This document shows positions 53,479 through 54,874 of a stretch of 54,874 nucleotides of DNA, piece after piece (position 1 is the stretch's first letter; the number at the start of each line of letters is the position of its first letter). The notes beneath the pieces are model-generated. The model was not told the DNA's origin. It was given only the letters and a program-made list of their open reading frames with translations, and did no database searches. The DNA is from Aestuariivirga sp. (GTDB lineage: Bacteria; Pseudomonadota; Alphaproteobacteria; Rhizobiales; Aestuariivirgaceae). Where the stretch lies: NCBI RefSeq assembly GCF_044239095.1, contig NZ_JBIICB010000001.1, positions 1 to 54,874 of the forward strand. The letters run 5' to 3'. A program made the position numbers and the translations under genes.

Positions 53479-54404
53479 GCGGCAGCGTCCTTCGGCAGGC
53501 CGATGCGCTTGATCTCCCAGTCGAGGTCGATGCCGGAGCTTTCCTTCACCCTGGCGCGGACGGTTTCGCCAAGTTCCTCGATCTGGGCTGCGGTGGCGCC
53601 GCCCTCGTTGATGAGGAAGTTGCAGTGAAGCTCGGACACCTTCGCAGGGCCCACGGCGAAGCCGCGCATGCCGGCCTTGTCGATCAGCTGCCAGGACTTG
53701 TTGCCCGGCGGGTTCTTGAAGGTCGAGCCACCCGTGCGGCTCTTGATCGGCTGGGTCGCCTCGCGGCTCTCGGTGATCTTGTCCATGGCGGCCGCAATGT
53801 CGGCGGGGTTGCCCGGACGGCCCTGGAACAGCGCCTGCGTGAAGACAAGGTCCCCGGGCGCGCCGCAGTGCCGATAACTGTAGTTCATGTCAGCGTTGCT
53901 GAGCACGTGGATGTTCCCCGACCGGTCGACGGCGCGCGCCTCGATGAGAATGTCCTTCGTCTCGCCCCCATAGGCTCCGGCATTCATGCGCAACGCACCG
54001 CCGATCGTGCCCGGTATACCTCTCAGAAAGGTTAACGCATCGATACTTTTCTCCTGCGCGAAGCGGGCGACGCGCACATCGAGCGCCGCCGTCCCGGCCC
54101 TGACGCGGTGGCCCTCTTCCTCCGTCACATCTGCAAAACCGCGTCCGAGGCGGATGACGACACCCTCGACACCCCCGTCCCGCACCAGCAGGTTGGAGCC
54201 AACGCCGATCACATAGACCGGAATGTCCTGCGGGGTGGCTTTGAGGAACTGGGCGAGGTCCGCTTCGTCAGCAGGCGTGAACAGCACCTCGGCTGATCCT
54301 CCGGCGCGGAACCAGGTGAGATCCGCCAACGGCGCATCGGGCTCCAGCCGGCCACGCACCTCTGGCAGGCGTTTCAAGAGAGCCTGTCCGTCGAGCCGCG
54401 CCAT
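53475..54404 (-). CDS. murB: UDP-N-acetylmuramate dehydrogenase
   Basis: [37 protein letters not shown]. Confidence 0.97.
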   Translation of the reverse strand: MARLDGQALLKRLPEVRGRLEPDAPLADLTWFRAGGSAEVLFTPADEADLAQFLKATPQDIPVYVIGVGSNLLVRDGGVEGVVIRLGRGFADVTEEEGHRVRAGTAALDVRVARFAQEKSIDALTFLRGIPGTIGGALRMNAGAYGGETKDILIEARAVDRSGNIHVLSNADMNYSYRHCGAPGDLVFTQALFQGRPGNPADIAAAMDKITESREATQPIKSRTGGSTFKNPPGNKSWQLIDKAGMRGFAVGPAKVSELHCNFLINEGGATAAQIEELGETVRARVKESSGIDLDWEIKRIGLPKDAAA

Positions 54405-54874
54405 CACGCACCCGCCTTGTCGAAGGCTTCGAGCTGGCCGGGCAGCGCATAGGCCCATTGCGTGATCGTGCCAGCACCGAGGCACATCACGATGTCGCCG
54501 GGCTGAGCCAGCTTGCGGACCAGCGGCGCGAGCTGCTCCGGCTTGTCGATCGCGTGCACCGCGCGGTGGCCGCGCGACTTGAGGCCATCCACCAGTGCGG
54601 CGTGGGATGCCCCGTCAATCGGCGCCTCGCCCGCCGCATAGACGGGCGCCACGATGACCGTATCGGCATCGTTGAAGCAGGTGCAGAACTCGTTGAACAG
54701 CGAATGCAGCCGCGTGTAGCGGTGCGGCTGCATGACGGCGAGCACCCTGCCCTTGGCGACGCCGCGCGCCGCCTTCAGCACGGCGGCGATCTCCACCGGG
54801 TGGTGGCCATAATCATCATAGACGGTGATGCCATTATGCGCGCCCGTGCGCGTGAAGCGGCGCTTGACGCCGGT
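54404..54874 (-). CDS. murC: UDP-N-acetylmuramate--alanine ligase, 3' part (runs off the window)
   Basis: [29 protein letters not shown]. Confidence 0.95.
   Translation of the reverse strand, partial: TGVKRRFTRTGAHNGITVYDDYGHHPVEIAAVLKAARGVAKGRVLAVMQPHRYTRLHSLFNEFCTCFNDADTVIVAPVYAAGEAPIDGASHAALVDGLKSRGHRAVHAIDKPEQLAPLVRKLAQPGDIVMCLGAGTITQWAYALPGQLEAFDKAGA

Overview
High-GC alphaproteobacterial chromosomal segment (Hyphomicrobiales-like gene order), mostly core genome: miaA/serB, degP-DUF2065-hflC-hflK-folA-thyA, a two-piece permuted tmRNA with sspB, mepA, kup, fumC, asmA, uvrD, prmA, a DUF1127 gene, cspA, pepP, ligA-recN-bamD and the dcw genes ftsZ-ftsA-ftsQ-ddl-murB-murC. I found no prophage, transposase or CRISPR array. 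The best candidate for an undescribed system is trpB2 (4347-5717) translationally coupled to a 140-aa ParB/Srx-fold protein carrying SerK/SbnI free-serine-kinase motifs. Together they could form a two-gene serine -> O-phosphoserine -> tryptophan (indole salvage) module, located just downstream of serB. Other notable features: a REP-centred triplication of the uvrD/MFS gene ends eroded by microhomology deletions; a cuckoo-like CU-loop hairpin RNA behind the DUF1127 gene, antisense to an extended prmA; two PhaR-like boxes; an ABC protein with a collapsed nucleotide-binding domain; a CNNM/CorC gene between ftsA and ftsZ; no lpxC after ftsZ. All family assignments come from motif recognition by eye, not from database searches.
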